From Nemertoderma westbladi (taxonomy: Eukaryota > Animalia > Xenacoelomorpha): 64,000 nt of DNA. Both the position numbers and the translations under genes were made by a program. Where the stretch lies: NCBI GenBank assembly GCA_032718475.1, contig JAUCBJ010000633.1, positions 59,983 to 123,982 on the forward strand, in the 5' to 3' direction. Of this stretch, positions 63,816 to 64,000 are shown piece by piece. The notes beneath the pieces were generated by a model, which had not been told where the DNA came from, did no database searches, and was given only the letters and a program-made list of their open reading frames with translations. Position 1 is the first letter of the stretch; each line of letters opens with the position of its first letter.

Positions 63816-64000
63816 AGAGAATGCGGGATTTTATGCATACCCGGTTGAGGGGGGTTAATGCACTAACAGGCGAAACAAAAGCGCTGAATTGAACTGGTGA
63901 AAATGGGTTTATCAGAGAGTGAAGCTGGTTTGGGAAATATTTATGAGGAACCAGGGGTGATGGAAACCTTTTGTAAAAGCTTTTGTGGGATAACTGATAC

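Overview
Repeat-rich animal (probably invertebrate) genomic DNA, not prokaryotic. The left end carries the first two coding exons of a striated-muscle-type myosin II heavy chain on the minus strand. A 52-bp satellite lies in its intron, a phased array of perfect MEF2 sites lies just upstream, and a 51-bp satellite follows. The centre (14167-53225, ~39 kb) is one uninterrupted head-to-tail array of about 23 non-autonomous Helentron/HINE (DINE-1-like) rolling-circle elements, all on the minus strand. Units are joined at 21 base-exact CTAG|TTAG junctions but differ in internal cargo and use two co-varying end codes (A and B), so the array resembles a self-targeting cassette chain more than a simple concatemer. 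The right end holds an orphan exon, a MITE, two RTE-clade LINE families (one full-length with a structured 5' UTR) and a piggyBac-like end. Most ORFs in the supplied track are repeat artefacts. All family assignments come from motif recognition; no searches were run.
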